From contig CAJTOK010000013.1 in NCBI GenBank assembly GCA_910577825.1, positions 416 through 64,415 on the forward strand: a DNA stretch of 64,000 nt, written 5' to 3'. The notes beneath the pieces are model-generated. The model had not been told where the DNA came from. It ran no database searches and worked only from the letters and a program-made list of their open reading frames with translations. This document shows positions 26,856 through 37,900 of the stretch, piece by piece. Positions within the stretch are counted from its first letter, which is position 1. Every line of letters starts with the position of its first letter. Position numbers and translations under genes: made by a program. The DNA comes from an uncultured Lachnospiraceae bacterium. Lineage in GTDB: Bacteria; Bacillota; Clostridia; Lachnospirales; Lachnospiraceae.

Positions 26856-27896
26856 GCCAATGCTTTCTGGCAGCCGGTTGTCTGTTATAAATTTCTTTTT
26901 TCTTGGGTCGCCTTCTGCACGGTAAATGGTTAAACTTCCTAAATCAAATATGGAACTCCAGACCGTTTCAAAGTCTGGTTCATTGTCGTACTGGCACATA
27001 AAACCATAACTGCCCTTTAAAAGCTGGCTGGTGGTTTCAATATAATCCTCTTTTATCCGTCCCGAAGCAAAACTGTCTATAACAACTTTATAACGTTTAT
27101 GGGAATCATAATCATTTCCATCTGAATCATCATATGGTTTCATTTCATCTGATGCAAAACTGTTGACAGCACAAATAATCCTGCCGCCATTAAAACTTTC
27201 TGCACCCCGGATTTTTTTCATGGACGGCGTACACTCAGCAACTGCCATGCAGCCACTTTTATCTGCAAGTAAGATGTTACAATTAGAAGCAACTGGAAGT
27301 TCCATAAGCAAAGCAGCTGCCTGCTCTGTATTATCCGCTTTTTCAAGCAAATACCGCACAATGAAACAGGAGTTAAATCCTGCCTGTATCTTATCAGGGC
27401 TGGTCATTACAAAAGTCATGCAGACAGCAAGTCCATGTTCATTTAATCCTTCTTCCCCGTTAATAAAAGAGGACGTTGTAATATTAAATCTGTTCCCGTT
27501 CTCCGGGGCATAGATTTCACTTTTGCACCCTTCACGCAGACAGGGCGGCAAATCATTGTTTCTTCCATATAAGGCCCTGCCGTCCTTTTCATATGCAAAA
27601 GCAGTACACCCACGGACATGGACGGGAATATTGTTCTCCAGGTTATACATACAGCACCCCATACATAACATCCAGGAAGCAAAATGCAGATAATCTGCAC
27701 CTATAACACTGCTTACTCCTCTGATTTCCTCACATACCTCTGGAAAATATTTTCTTAATACTGCTTCACTCCGTTTGCCATGTTCCAGCTGGAATCCATC
27801 CAGCTGGAGAGGAAAAGAAACCTGGCACTTTTTAAAAATTTTTCCACGCTTTACACCCATTTCATAATGGCTGCCCTTTAACCTTAAATGATACAT
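26847..27896 (-). CDS. C45 family peptidase / acyl-CoA:6-APA acyltransferase-like Ntn hydrolase
   Basis: The GCTAF nucleophile context followed by GRNND fits C45/choloylglycine-hydrolase-like proteins. Confidence 0.65.
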   Translation of the reverse strand: MYHLRLKGSHYEMGVKRGKIFKKCQVSFPLQLDGFQLEHGKRSEAVLRKYFPEVCEEIRGVSSVIGADYLHFASWMLCMGCCMYNLENNIPVHVRGCTAFAYEKDGRALYGRNNDLPPCLREGCKSEIYAPENGNRFNITTSSFINGEEGLNEHGLAVCMTFVMTSPDKIQAGFNSCFIVRYLLEKADNTEQAAALLMELPVASNCNILLADKSGCMAVAECTPSMKKIRGAESFNGGRIICAVNSFASDEMKPYDDSDGNDYDSHKRYKVVIDSFASGRIKEDYIETTSQLLKGSYGFMCQYDNEPDFETVWSSIFDLGSLTIYRAEGDPRKKKFITDNRLPESIGLR

Positions 27897-27899
27897 ATT

Positions 27900-28763
27900 T
27901 TAATTATCCTCCTTAATAATTGCAATCCATACTTCGGAATGTCCGTGTGCTGGCAGCCCGCTGCAGGCCGGATACACTTCAATATCCGGCAGTCCCGCAT
28001 ATCTATATCCGGAAAACGGCAGCCATTCCATATAGAACCGCTTGAACACACTCTGCACATCTTCTTTAAAACGTCCATTGTTTTCAAATATTACCCAGGC
28101 AGCCGCAGGAATTTCATATTCATACATGCCCGCAGGGGCAGGGGAATTTGTAGCAGTACCTATATAATAGTAAATTTCTTTTGGATTTTTATATACGCTG
28201 GTTCCCAAAATTCCCTCTGGCTCACCGCCAGGCAGCCTGCATATTTCCGGAAATTTATTTCCCTGCAGTGCCGTTTTCCAAAACTCTGGAATAATCCTTA
28301 AATTTTCTTCCATATTCCCAGTTATTGGAATACGGATGCCCACAATACGCAGGGGCGGTTTTTTTGCAATGTGGTATGCCATAGCACTTCCTCCTGTTAC
28401 TTCAATCTTAAACTGGATTGACGGATATGCCTGCAGGACACTTCCCTCCAGCTTAGCTGCTATTGGCGTAATGCCATGGACATTCTGGAAAGCCCGGTTA
28501 AAAGAAGACGGGGAGGAATACCCATATTTCAATGCAACATCTATTACCCTTCTGCCTTCCCGCTGCAATTCAAACGCTGCCTGCGTCATTTTCCGGCGGC
28601 GTATGTATTCCGCCAGCGGCACGCCCGCAACATAGGAAAAAACACGCTGGAAATAATAGGGAGAACAACAGGCAATGCGGGCTGCTTCATCATATGATAT
28701 TTCCTTATCCAGGTTATCTTCTATATAAGCAATAGCGGCTCCAAGCTTTTTCAGCCATTCCAT
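27900..28763 (-). CDS. AraC family regulator with GyrI-like effector-binding domain
   Basis: N-terminal double HTH (CCSPYYFQRVFSYVAGVPLAEYIRRRKM...GYSSPSSFNRAFQNVHGITP) plus a ~150-aa C-terminal GyrI-like region. Confidence 0.8.
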   Translation of the reverse strand: MEWLKKLGAAIAYIEDNLDKEISYDEAARIACCSPYYFQRVFSYVAGVPLAEYIRRRKMTQAAFELQREGRRVIDVALKYGYSSPSSFNRAFQNVHGITPIAAKLEGSVLQAYPSIQFKIEVTGGSAMAYHIAKKPPLRIVGIRIPITGNMEENLRIIPEFWKTALQGNKFPEICRLPGGEPEGILGTSVYKNPKEIYYYIGTATNSPAPAGMYEYEIPAAAWVIFENNGRFKEDVQSVFKRFYMEWLPFSGYRYAGLPDIEVYPACSGLPAHGHSEVWIAIIKEDN

Positions 28764-29075
28764 CCTTTTACCTCCTTACAGTTAAGAATAGCCTGTTCCG
28801 GTTTATATTTCTTCTCTTTTTCTGCTATCTTTTGTAAACACAAGTATAGTGTATAAGAATAAAAATCTGGTTTCAACCTTTTTATAAAAGAGGGAAGTAT
28901 AATGGATTGAAGTTGATTTTTCAGGCTGGGTGCATTGTGCCCCACAGTAAGATACATTTAATATTATAAAAGAAGTTAAGAAATGATTACCGTTTTTTTA
29001 AGCAGGAAAAATATAAAACATGGCTTCAGGTGTCATGTTATGCCTGGTATACTGTTTTCCATAGGAGGTGCTTAT

Positions 29076-29705
29076 ATGAAATTTGAATGGAGAAAATACG
29101 AAAAAAACCTGTATGGGGCAAAAATTATACCTGCTTTAGTAAATATACCCAGTTATAACTTTATTATGATTAAAGGAAGCGGAAATCCTAATGATACAGA
29201 TTTCTCAGACAGGGTAACTGCCCTTTATTCATTAGCATATGCCATTAAAATGGATTATAAATCCGCTGCAGCTAAAAACATTTTATCAGATGGAATCCAC
29301 GACTTTACTGTTTATCCTTTAGAAGGGGTATGGAAACTGAAAAACACTGGCACAAAATCTGCTTCCAGTAAACTTATAAAAGAAAATTTAGAATATACCA
29401 TTATGATACGCCAGCCGGATTTTATTACAGAAGATATGGCATATGCTGCATTGGAAAGGATAAAAATTAAAAAACCACACCATATGTATGAAAAAATTAT
29501 TTTTGATACAATACATGATGGAAAATGTGTTGAAATCCTGCATGTTGGCTCATATGACAATGAACCATCCTCTTTTGGGAAAATGGATAAATTTACAGAA
29601 GAAAACGGCCTGAAACGCATAACAGATTGTCACAGGGAAATCTATCTGTCTAATAGAACAAAAACGGATAAACTCAAAACAATTTTGAGATATAAGGTAA
29701 ATTAA
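29076..29705 (+). CDS. GyrI-like small-molecule-binding domain protein
   Basis: ATG at 29076 follows AGGAGG. MKFEWRKYEKNLYG...IMIKGSGNPN...VEILHVGSYDNEPSSF pattern. Divergent from the AraC/GyrI regulator. Confidence 0.6.
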   Translation: MKFEWRKYEKNLYGAKIIPALVNIPSYNFIMIKGSGNPNDTDFSDRVTALYSLAYAIKMDYKSAAAKNILSDGIHDFTVYPLEGVWKLKNTGTKSASSKLIKENLEYTIMIRQPDFITEDMAYAALERIKIKKPHHMYEKIIFDTIHDGKCVEILHVGSYDNEPSSFGKMDKFTEENGLKRITDCHREIYLSNRTKTDKLKTILRYKVN

Positions 29706-29768
29706 TAAACAGTAAAATCATTCTTTATGCAGGGGGATGGCTGTCCTCCTGTATCTGGAAATAAGGCT

Positions 29769-30356
29769 TTATCTTAATCCATTTGTAAAAACCCATGAAT
29801 AAAACATTTCTTTTGGAGGTTTTGTATATTCATAATCAAAACAAGAAGGAATATTTTCAATAATATTGATTGATTGTCCAAGTACTTCTCTAATTGATTT
29901 ACCTGCAATATCAATTTCTACTTCGTTTATAAGAGAAGCCCGTTTAATATTTTTTTCGTTCATCTTTTTCTGTAATTCAAAATCTATAAGCCCATTATTG
30001 GGACGGTTTTTCATCTGTTCCTGGATTTGATGTAAATCACTGCATATAAGTTTTATTGTAATAAAATCCATTCCTTTAAAAACAACAGGGATATCGGCCG
30101 TTCTTAAATCATCAATATCAGAAGCAATTATATTTTTATAACCAAGCCTGTGAAAGCACATAAGCATTGCTACCTGGTTTTCCCAGCAAGTAAGTTCTTC
30201 AAGTTCTCCAGTCATTATTTCACTGCCATCCCGTGAAATAAACCCAGGTACCATATGCTGTTCTATACATGTTGTTTTATAGTGTCCAAGCAGGCCATTA
30301 GCCAAAGTAGTTTTACCTATGCCGCTTGTTCCCGTAATAAAAATAAAATCTCTCAT
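29769..30356 (-). CDS. P-loop NTPase/kinase-like protein
   Basis: Walker A GTSGIGKTT at the N-terminus; 195 aa. Confidence 0.6.
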   Translation of the reverse strand: MRDFIFITGTSGIGKTTLANGLLGHYKTTCIEQHMVPGFISRDGSEIMTGELEELTCWENQVAMLMCFHRLGYKNIIASDIDDLRTADIPVVFKGMDFITIKLICSDLHQIQEQMKNRPNNGLIDFELQKKMNEKNIKRASLINEVEIDIAGKSIREVLGQSINIIENIPSCFDYEYTKPPKEMFYSWVFTNGLR

Positions 30357-30445
30357 ATCTTACCTGCACAAATTTTATGCCCTCACCACGCCATTCTTTC
30401 TAATATGGTACGATTTATCCAGTATCCTGATATACTCATATAAAT

Positions 30446-31117
30446 CTATTTAACAGCAACAATTACAGAAAATTTTTGGCAGGAGTATACGCATTTAACA
30501 ATTTTAAACCTGCAGTCTTTTAACATATCCATCTCCTGCCCAACAGTACATTCCCTGTCTAATTTTCTGCGTTCCTTCCATAACTCTATATCTTTATCCG
30601 TTAAGCCGCTGTTTGCTAACTGGCTTTCCCAAAAAGAATTAAACCAGCAATCCATTTCTGTCTGCCCAGCACAAAACTGGTCGTAATTTACAAATAAGCC
30701 GCCATCCGGCAGGCCGTCATATATTCTTGCAAACAGTTTCTTCTTATCTTTATCTTCTAAATGATGAATGGATAAAGCTGAAATAACTGTATCAAAAACA
30801 ATACCAGGAAACTTGTCAATATAATTTCCGGTTTGATATGATATGTTTTCAATGCCATCAAATCTTTTCCTGGCAACATCCAGCATTTCATCTGCAATAT
30901 CCACAAGCATATATTTAGAACCAGGGAATTGCTGGTACCAGAAATATGTTAATAAGCCTGTTCCAGCACCTAAGTCAACAATTTGTTCCGGCTTCTCTAT
31001 ATTTGAAGTAATAAATTCTGTTGTATTCTTGTAGAAACTATCAAAGCATGGAATAAACTTTCTCCGGTTGCTGTCATATTCTTTTGCAACCAGGTTAAAC
31101 TGTCTTTCTATATCCAT
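30446..31117 (-). CDS. class I SAM-dependent methyltransferase
   Basis: VDLGAGTGLLT motif I. Start set at MDIERQF (the GTG at 31171 has no spacing to any RBS). Confidence 0.8.
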   Translation of the reverse strand: MDIERQFNLVAKEYDSNRRKFIPCFDSFYKNTTEFITSNIEKPEQIVDLGAGTGLLTYFWYQQFPGSKYMLVDIADEMLDVARKRFDGIENISYQTGNYIDKFPGIVFDTVISALSIHHLEDKDKKKLFARIYDGLPDGGLFVNYDQFCAGQTEMDCWFNSFWESQLANSGLTDKDIELWKERRKLDRECTVGQEMDMLKDCRFKIVKCVYSCQKFSVIVAVK

Positions 31118-31269
31118 TTTCCCATCAGCCAGATTATTGTCCAATAATACCACTTCCTTCCGGCAGGCCACTCTTTATTTATTGTTTTTTATTATAGCAT
31201 GTATATTGTCTTATGTCAAGTATATTGTCTGCTCTATTTTGTCCTCCTGTAAACTTATTTTGAACAACT

Positions 31270-31956
31270 TTATTCTGTTTTTTCTAACCCTAACCTTTCT
31301 ATAGCATGAAGAATATGTATCCGCATAGCATTTCTTGCGCCTTCTGCATTCCTGCTTTTCATAAAATCCATAAGTATCCTGTGGTCTGTAACCGTATCCT
31401 CTGATGCAGCTTTCTTCTTTTTAGACAAGGTTATGCCCTTATTAATTGCTTCCTGTATCACTGGCATAAGCTTGTTCATAAAATCATTATGTGTTGCCTT
31501 TGCAATGGAACGGTGAAAAGCCTGTTCTTCCAGAGTCCTGTCCTTATCCTCCAATATAAGCTTTTCTATATTTTCACCAATGGATATGATTCTTTGCAGT
31601 TCACTTTCTGTAGCCCGCAATGTTGCATAATAGGCAGCCTCCGGCTCAAAAATCAGACGCATCTCATACAAATCACCAGCATCCATCTTTACTGAAGCCA
31701 GTGCGGACAACCCATCTAAAGTGCTTTCTTCAAAATTTTCTTTAACAAAAGTCCCCTTGCCCCTTTTAATCCCAACAATATTACCAGCAGCCAGGATTCT
31801 TATGGCTTCCCTTAGTGTTGTCCGGCTGACTCCAAGTTCTTCCGATAAATCATTTTCATTCGGGAGTTTATCTCCTGCTTTAAATCTTTTCTCTATAGTA
31901 ATCATTGACAGTATAGAATCAGCCACATCGTCTGATAACCGTTTTTCTTTGGCCAT
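31270..31956 (-). CDS. GntR/FadR family transcriptional regulator
   Basis: LPNENDLSEELGVSRTTLREAIRIL winged HTH plus a FCD-like helical C-terminal domain. Confidence 0.85.
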   Translation of the reverse strand: MAKEKRLSDDVADSILSMITIEKRFKAGDKLPNENDLSEELGVSRTTLREAIRILAAGNIVGIKRGKGTFVKENFEESTLDGLSALASVKMDAGDLYEMRLIFEPEAAYYATLRATESELQRIISIGENIEKLILEDKDRTLEEQAFHRSIAKATHNDFMNKLMPVIQEAINKGITLSKKKKAASEDTVTDHRILMDFMKSRNAEGARNAMRIHILHAIERLGLEKTE

Positions 31957-32101
31957 GTCATCAACTCCTTGTTTGCAGTTTTCCTGGCCATATTATATCA
32001 AAAACTTGTATAGAAATCAAACTGCTAATGGAAGACCCTTCAGTTTAAGTCCATATATCAAAAAATTAATATAAAGTATAATTTACTACTGTGGTTATCC
32101 C

Positions 32102-32908
32102 TCATTCACCATTTGTTACAAAAAGACATGGCATAAAAACTTTTTTAAATGTACTGAGATTATTAGTTTCGTCACTAGGTACTGCAAAAATTACTTTAGT
32201 AAAGCAGCCATAAGCATTACTGAGGTATTCCTTAAAGATACCAGCCACTTCCTCCGCATCCTGCCCGAAAACACCACAGCCGAATGCCCCAAGGATTAAA
32301 GTATCCACATGGTTATCTGCTGCAATATCCAGTACAAATTTAATCCTGCACTTTAAAACATCTGTATTTTCCTTTACAGATACTTTTCCATGCCGCTGCG
32401 CTGCAGCTTTATTAGGGGCAGCACATACAATGACATCACAACAGAAACTTTCCCCGTCATCAAAAAATAAAATACCTGGTGAATACAATGCCCTGTTAAA
32501 GTATAATGCCCTGTTTTTATTTTCATTGTTCCATTTATAAAATTTATCTGTAAATTGTGACAAAACATTATATAAGTATGAAACATGGCAGAGACATTCT
32601 TCCTGTGCCTTGCTGCCATTAATAAACATGCCGCCAGGATTTTTATATGAAGCAAAGTCCAGTATGGCAGTTTTGCCATTATTACAATATAAATGGCCAG
32701 CATGTACCGTATCTGAATTAATAACAGTAATTTCTGCCCTGTTTTTATTTGCATTTGCATCAAGCTTAAAATCTGTGTCATAAATCTTTGTATCTATAAC
32801 AGCTTTTTCAATCTGTCCACTGTATTCCAACTGCATATTTTCCGTATGTTTTCTTGCAGTTGCTGCACGTTGTTCTTTGTCAGTCCAGTATTTCCGTGTA
32901 TCTGCCAT
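32102..32908 (-). CDS. TIGR02452/DUF2263 family macrodomain protein (microbial PARG-like)
   Basis: LDFASYKNPGGMF...QEECLC...LILGAFGCGVFG signature, as recalled for TIGR02452. Confidence 0.65.
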   Translation of the reverse strand: MADTRKYWTDKEQRAATARKHTENMQLEYSGQIEKAVIDTKIYDTDFKLDANANKNRAEITVINSDTVHAGHLYCNNGKTAILDFASYKNPGGMFINGSKAQEECLCHVSYLYNVLSQFTDKFYKWNNENKNRALYFNRALYSPGILFFDDGESFCCDVIVCAAPNKAAAQRHGKVSVKENTDVLKCRIKFVLDIAADNHVDTLILGAFGCGVFGQDAEEVAGIFKEYLSNAYGCFTKVIFAVPSDETNNLSTFKKVFMPCLFVTNGE

Positions 32909-33146
32909 TAGCCTGGCACCTTCCTTTCCTTAACATATATTATAATATCTCTGGTTTTCTTGAATTTCCTTAAAGCTTTCTCAAACATTTCTGTATAATC
33001 ACAGCTGCCTTCAAAAGATACCCAGCCACTGTAAATAGATTTTCCATGTTGTTTATTCCCGTTAAGGTAATGAATAAAGAAACCCCCACAGGATAACTGT
33101 CCTGCAGGGGTTTCAATGGGTTGGGCTGTTTAATTATAAACAGTAG

Positions 33147-33218
33147 CAGTCTGTAGGGGAATCGAACCCCTGTTTCCGCCGTGAGAGGGCGGCGTCTTAG
33201 CCGCTTGACCAACAGACC
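33147..33218 (-). tRNA. tRNA-Glu (anticodon CTC), no encoded CCA
   Basis: Minus strand GGTCTGT TG GTC AAGCGGCTAA GAC G CCGCC CTCTCAC GGCGG AAAC AGGGG TTCGATT CCCCT ACAGACT G folds as a cloverleaf. It is close to Firmicutes tRNA-Glu but with CTC in the anticodon loop. Confidence 0.85.
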
Positions 33219-33499
33219 ATATTTTATTCATAACATTACCGCTGTTTTTCAACAACGATATTTAGTATATATTATTTTGTAATAAAATGCAAGCTTTTTT
33301 TATTTATTTCCACAATAAATGCTATTTTTGGCATTATTCACAATAACCAGTTAAATTTTTTTGGTTTTTATAGCTGTTTTCTACAATTTTATTTATATTT
33401 TCTATATTGATAAGGTCAAAGCTGTTACGCTTATATCCCTGCCGGACCTGTTAGCCCTGTGCCGGGGGATATAAGCGTAAATCCATAACAGGAAGTTTA

Positions 33500-34978
33500 T
33501 TATAAATTAGTATATCCCATTAAATATTTATCGGCTTCTTTTGCAACTCCCCTGCCTTCTTTTATGCCCCATACTACAAGTGACTGGCCTCTGTGCATAT
33601 CCCCTGCGGTGAATACTTTGTCTGCTGGTGTTTTATATGAGCCTTCTTCTGTTATTACATTCCTTCTTGCATTAAGTTTTACGCCAAATGCTTTAGCTGT
33701 ATATTCCTGTGCACCAAGGAAGCCTGCTGCTATTAATACATAGTCGGCAGGTATTTCAAATTCACTTCCTGCTACTTCTGCCATGTTCATCCTGCCTGTT
33801 TTTTCATCTTTTTTTGGTTCAAGTTTTACCAGTTTTACTTTTTTAAGTTTTCCGCTTTTATCTTTTATAAATTCCTTAACTGTTGCCTGGTAGATGCGTG
33901 GGTCTTTGCCATATACGGCAATGGCTTCTTCCTGGCCATAGTCTGTTTTGCATACACGTGGCCACTCTGGCCATGGGTTATTATCTGCACGCCTGTCTGG
34001 AAGTTTTGGCATCATTTCAACCTGTACAACAGATTTAGCACCCTGGCGCACTGCTGTGCCTACACAGTCGTTGCCAGTATCACCGCCGCCGATTACTACT
34101 ACATTTTTGCCCTTTGTATTTACAAAACCGTCATTTTTACCTGAAAGTACATGTTTTGTGGAGCGTGTAAGAAAATCAACTGCAAAGTAAATCCCATCTG
34201 CATCACGTCCTGGCGCTTTTATATCACGTGGCTCTGATGCGCCGCAGGCAAGGATTACACAGTCATATTCTTTAAGTAAGTCCTGGGCTTTTACATTCTT
34301 GCCTACATCAGCATTTACAATAAACTTTATGCCCTCTTTTTCCATTACTTCCTGTTTCCTGCTAATTACCCATTTTTCAAGTTTCATATTTGGTATTCCA
34401 TACATAAGAAGACCGCCAATCTGGCTGCTTCTCTCATAGACAGTTACCAGGTGCCCGCGCTTGTTTAACTGGTCTGCTGCTGCAAGCCCTGAAGGGCCTG
34501 AGCCGACAACTGCCACTTTCTTGCCTGTACGCACCTTTGGAGGCACTGCTTCCATAAGCCCGTTTTCATAACCATATTCAATAATTGCCATTTCATTTGC
34601 TTTGCATGTAACAGGTGTATCATTAAGCCCGCATGTACAGGCAGCCTCACAAAGCGCAGGGCATACCCTGGATGTAAATTCAGGGAAATTGTTTGTCTGC
34701 CTTAACATCTGTAATGCCTTTTCCATATTTCCAAGATAAAGCAAATCATTCCATTCTGGCACAAGGTTATTTAAAGGACAGCCTGATGCCATGCCATTTA
34801 AAACCATGCCGGACTGGCAGAACGGGACACCGCAGTTCATACAGCGTGCCGCCTGCTCCTTCCTCTCCTTGCCACCCACAGGTGTATGGAATTCATTAAA
34901 ATTTTTAATTCTCTCTAAAGGCTCTGCTGCCCTGTTGTCTTTCCTGCCATATTCCAAAAATCCAGTTGGTTTTCCCAT
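33500..34978 (-). CDS. gltD: glutamate synthase small subunit (NADPH)
   Basis: Cys clusters CMNCGVPFC and CPALCEAAC, dinucleotide fold VAVVGSGPSGLAAA. Confidence 0.9.
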   Translation of the reverse strand: MGKPTGFLEYGRKDNRAAEPLERIKNFNEFHTPVGGKERKEQAARCMNCGVPFCQSGMVLNGMASGCPLNNLVPEWNDLLYLGNMEKALQMLRQTNNFPEFTSRVCPALCEAACTCGLNDTPVTCKANEMAIIEYGYENGLMEAVPPKVRTGKKVAVVGSGPSGLAAADQLNKRGHLVTVYERSSQIGGLLMYGIPNMKLEKWVISRKQEVMEKEGIKFIVNADVGKNVKAQDLLKEYDCVILACGASEPRDIKAPGRDADGIYFAVDFLTRSTKHVLSGKNDGFVNTKGKNVVVIGGGDTGNDCVGTAVRQGAKSVVQVEMMPKLPDRRADNNPWPEWPRVCKTDYGQEEAIAVYGKDPRIYQATVKEFIKDKSGKLKKVKLVKLEPKKDEKTGRMNMAEVAGSEFEIPADYVLIAAGFLGAQEYTAKAFGVKLNARRNVITEEGSYKTPADKVFTAGDMHRGQSLVVWGIKEGRGVAKEADKYLMGYTNL

Positions 34979-34990
34979 AACAAAACACTC

Positions 34991-37900
34991 CTATCCGTTA
35001 TTCTTTCTGCTTGCATAGAAAGCTTCTATCTGTGCCCGCTCATAATCAAGCCCCTGTCCTTCCATTTTAGCTATAAGCTGTAACATTTTACTGTAATCAT
35101 AAGAAATAATCTTTTTAAATTTAGGAAGGTATTCACTGAAATTACTAAGTATTTCTTTTCCTTTTTCTGAACCAGTTGCTTCTACATGTTCTTCAATTAT
35201 TGATTTAAGTTCAATTACATCATATTTATCAGTTACAGGCGCAGAGGAAACAAGCTCTTTATTTAATTTAAGATATAAATCACTGTTTTCATCAAGCACA
35301 TATGCAACACCTCCGCTCATTCCTGCCGCAAAGTTTTTGCCTGTATTGCCAAGTATTACGACACGCCCGCCTGTCATATATTCACAGCCATGGTCGCCAA
35401 CACCTTCCACAACAGCCGTACAGCCTGAATTTCTTACACAGAAACGTTCACCTGCTATCCCGTTTATAAATGCCTTGCCGCTTGTAGCGCCATAAAAGGC
35501 GACATTGCCAATAATAATATTTTCATCTGCTTTAAACTTTGTGCCTGCTGGCGGGTAAACCACAATTTTCCCGCCTGAAAGCCCTTTGCCAATATAATCA
35601 TTGGAATCACCCACAAGTTCAAGCCTTAAGCCTTTTGGTATAAATGCGCCAAAGCTCTGGCCGCCGCTTCCATGGCATTCTACAGTTATAGTATCTTCAT
35701 CAAGTGTATCATTATGCTTCTTTGTAATTTCTGAACCAAGGATTGTTCCTAGTGAGCGGCTGGTATTTGTTACATTGGCAGATATTTTTCTTTTTTCTTT
35801 TTTCTCTATTGCATCCCTTAACTCAGGCAGAAGCACCTGTGCATCAATAGTTTTTTCAAGCCCGAAGTCAAATAAATTCTTAGGGTTGAATTTATTTTCT
35901 TTCCTTTCATTTGCAAATGAGGGGTCAAGTATTTCTGCTAAATCTATATTATATTTTCCTGCTTTTTCTTCTTTGGCTTTAAGTAAATCTGTACGCCCTA
36001 TAAGCCCGTCAACATTTTTTATCCCAAGTGCTGCCATATATTCACGCAGCTCCTGTGCCACAAACCTCATAAAGTTTTCTACATATTCAGGCTTTCCTTT
36101 AAACCTTTTTCTAAGCTCCGGGTTTTGTGTTGCAACACCAACAGGGCAGGTATCAAGGTTACATACCCTCATCATTACACAGCCCATTGTTACAAGCGGG
36201 GCTGTTGCAAAGCCATATTCTTCTGCGCCAAGGAGTGCTGCAACAAGCACATCACGCCCTGTCATAAGCTTTCCGTCTGTTTCAATACGCACATGTGAAC
36301 GCAGCCCGTTCATAATAAGTGTCTGGTGTGTTTCTGCAAGCCCCAGCTCCCATGGAAGCCCTGCATTATAAATAGAGCTCCTTGGTGCTGCACCTGTGCC
36401 TCCGTCATAACCTGATATTAAAATTACTGCTGCGCCTGCTTTGGCAACACCTGCTGCCACAGTGCCCACGCCCGCTTCTGATACAAGTTTTACCGAAATC
36501 CTTGCATCTTTATTGCTGTTTTTTAAGTCATATATAAGCTGTGCAAGGTCCTCGATAGAGTAAATATCATGGTGCGGAGGCGGTGAAATAAGGCTTACGC
36601 CTGGTGTTGAATGCCTTGTTTTTGCAATCCACGGGTAGACCTTGCCGCCTGGGAGATGGCCGCCCTCACCTGGTTTTGCACCCTGTGCCATTTTTATTTG
36701 TATTTCCTTTGCACTTACAAGATAACGCGACGTTACACCAAAACGTCCTGATGCAACCTGTTTAATGGCAGAACACCTGTCTTCCTCCTGTCCTGCTGTA
36801 AGCAGCCTTTCAAGGCTTTCGCCGCCCTCGCCGCTGTTTGATTTGCCATGCAGCCTGTTCATGGCTATGGCAAGGGTTTCATGTGCCTCCTGCGAAATAG
36901 AGCCATATGACATTGCGCCGGTCTTAAACCTTTTAACTATTTCATCCACACTTTCAACCTCATCAAGTGGTATCCCCTTTGCAGGGTAATTAAAATCAAG
37001 CAGGCTCCGTAAATTCATGGTATGCTCTTTTTCATCAACTGCTTTGGAATACTGTTTAAAAAGCCCGTAATCCCCGGTCCACACAGACTGCTGGAGAAGA
37101 TGTATTGTTTCAGGGTTATATAAATGTGCTTCTTTATTGCCACGTGCCTTATGCTGCCCCCTGCTTTCAAGTGTTAAGTCAACCGAAAGCCCGAGCGGGT
37201 CAAACGCTGTGGAATGGAGCCTGTCAACCTGTTCCTGTATATCCTTAAGCTCCAGGCTTCCTGCACAATACTTTGTATCTGTAAAATATTTTCCAATTAC
37301 ATCTTTTGAAATGCCAATAGCTTCAAATATTTTAGAACCCTGGTATGACTGTATTGTGGAAATGCCCATTTTTGATGCAATTTTAACAATTCCATGCAGT
37401 ACAGCAGAATCATAATCATTAACAGCTGCGTAATAATCCTTATCTAACATGCCGTTATCAATAAGTTCTTTAATTGTGCTGTGTGCAAGATATGGGTTAA
37501 TGGCACATGCACCATAGCCCAGAAGTGTTGCAAAATGGTGTACTTCCCTTGGCTCTGCTGATTCCAGTATCATTGCAACCCTTGTTCTTTTCTTGGTTGT
37601 TACAAGATGCTGCTGCATAGCTGCAACTGCAAGAAGCGAAGGGATTGCAACATGGTTTTCATCAACGCCCCTGTCTGTAAGCACAAGTATATTTACGCCC
37701 TCCCTGTATGCCCTGTCTGCTGCAAGGCAGAGGCGGCCAAGTGCTTTTTCAAGTGAAGTGTTTTTATAATAAGTGATAGGGATATCCACACACTTAAAGC
37801 CTTTTTTATCCATGCTTTTAATCTTAATTAAATCTGTATCTGTAAGTATAGGGTTGCAGATTTTTAAAACATTGCAGTTCTCTGCCTTTTCTTCAAGCAG

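Noticed and set aside
32970-33212. 80-aa minus-strand ORF
   Set aside because: It overlaps the tRNA-Glu gene almost completely, and the translation is the tRNA sequence read as protein.
26847-33218. tRNA-Glu-linked genomic island (accessory genes next to the 3' end of the tRNA)
   Set aside because: There is no integrase gene, and I could find no direct repeat of the tRNA 3' end in the window. Gene content (regulators, methyltransferase, PARG-like protein) is not diagnostic.
35601-36371. Long plus-strand ORFs antisense to gltB, and similar ones at 5150..5782, 7506..8255, 10345..10884, 38052..38423, 42908..43582 and 49777..50313
   Set aside because: They lie entirely inside well-supported minus-strand genes. 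They have Ser/Pro/Phe-rich low-complexity translations and no RBS, which is typical of shadow ORFs.
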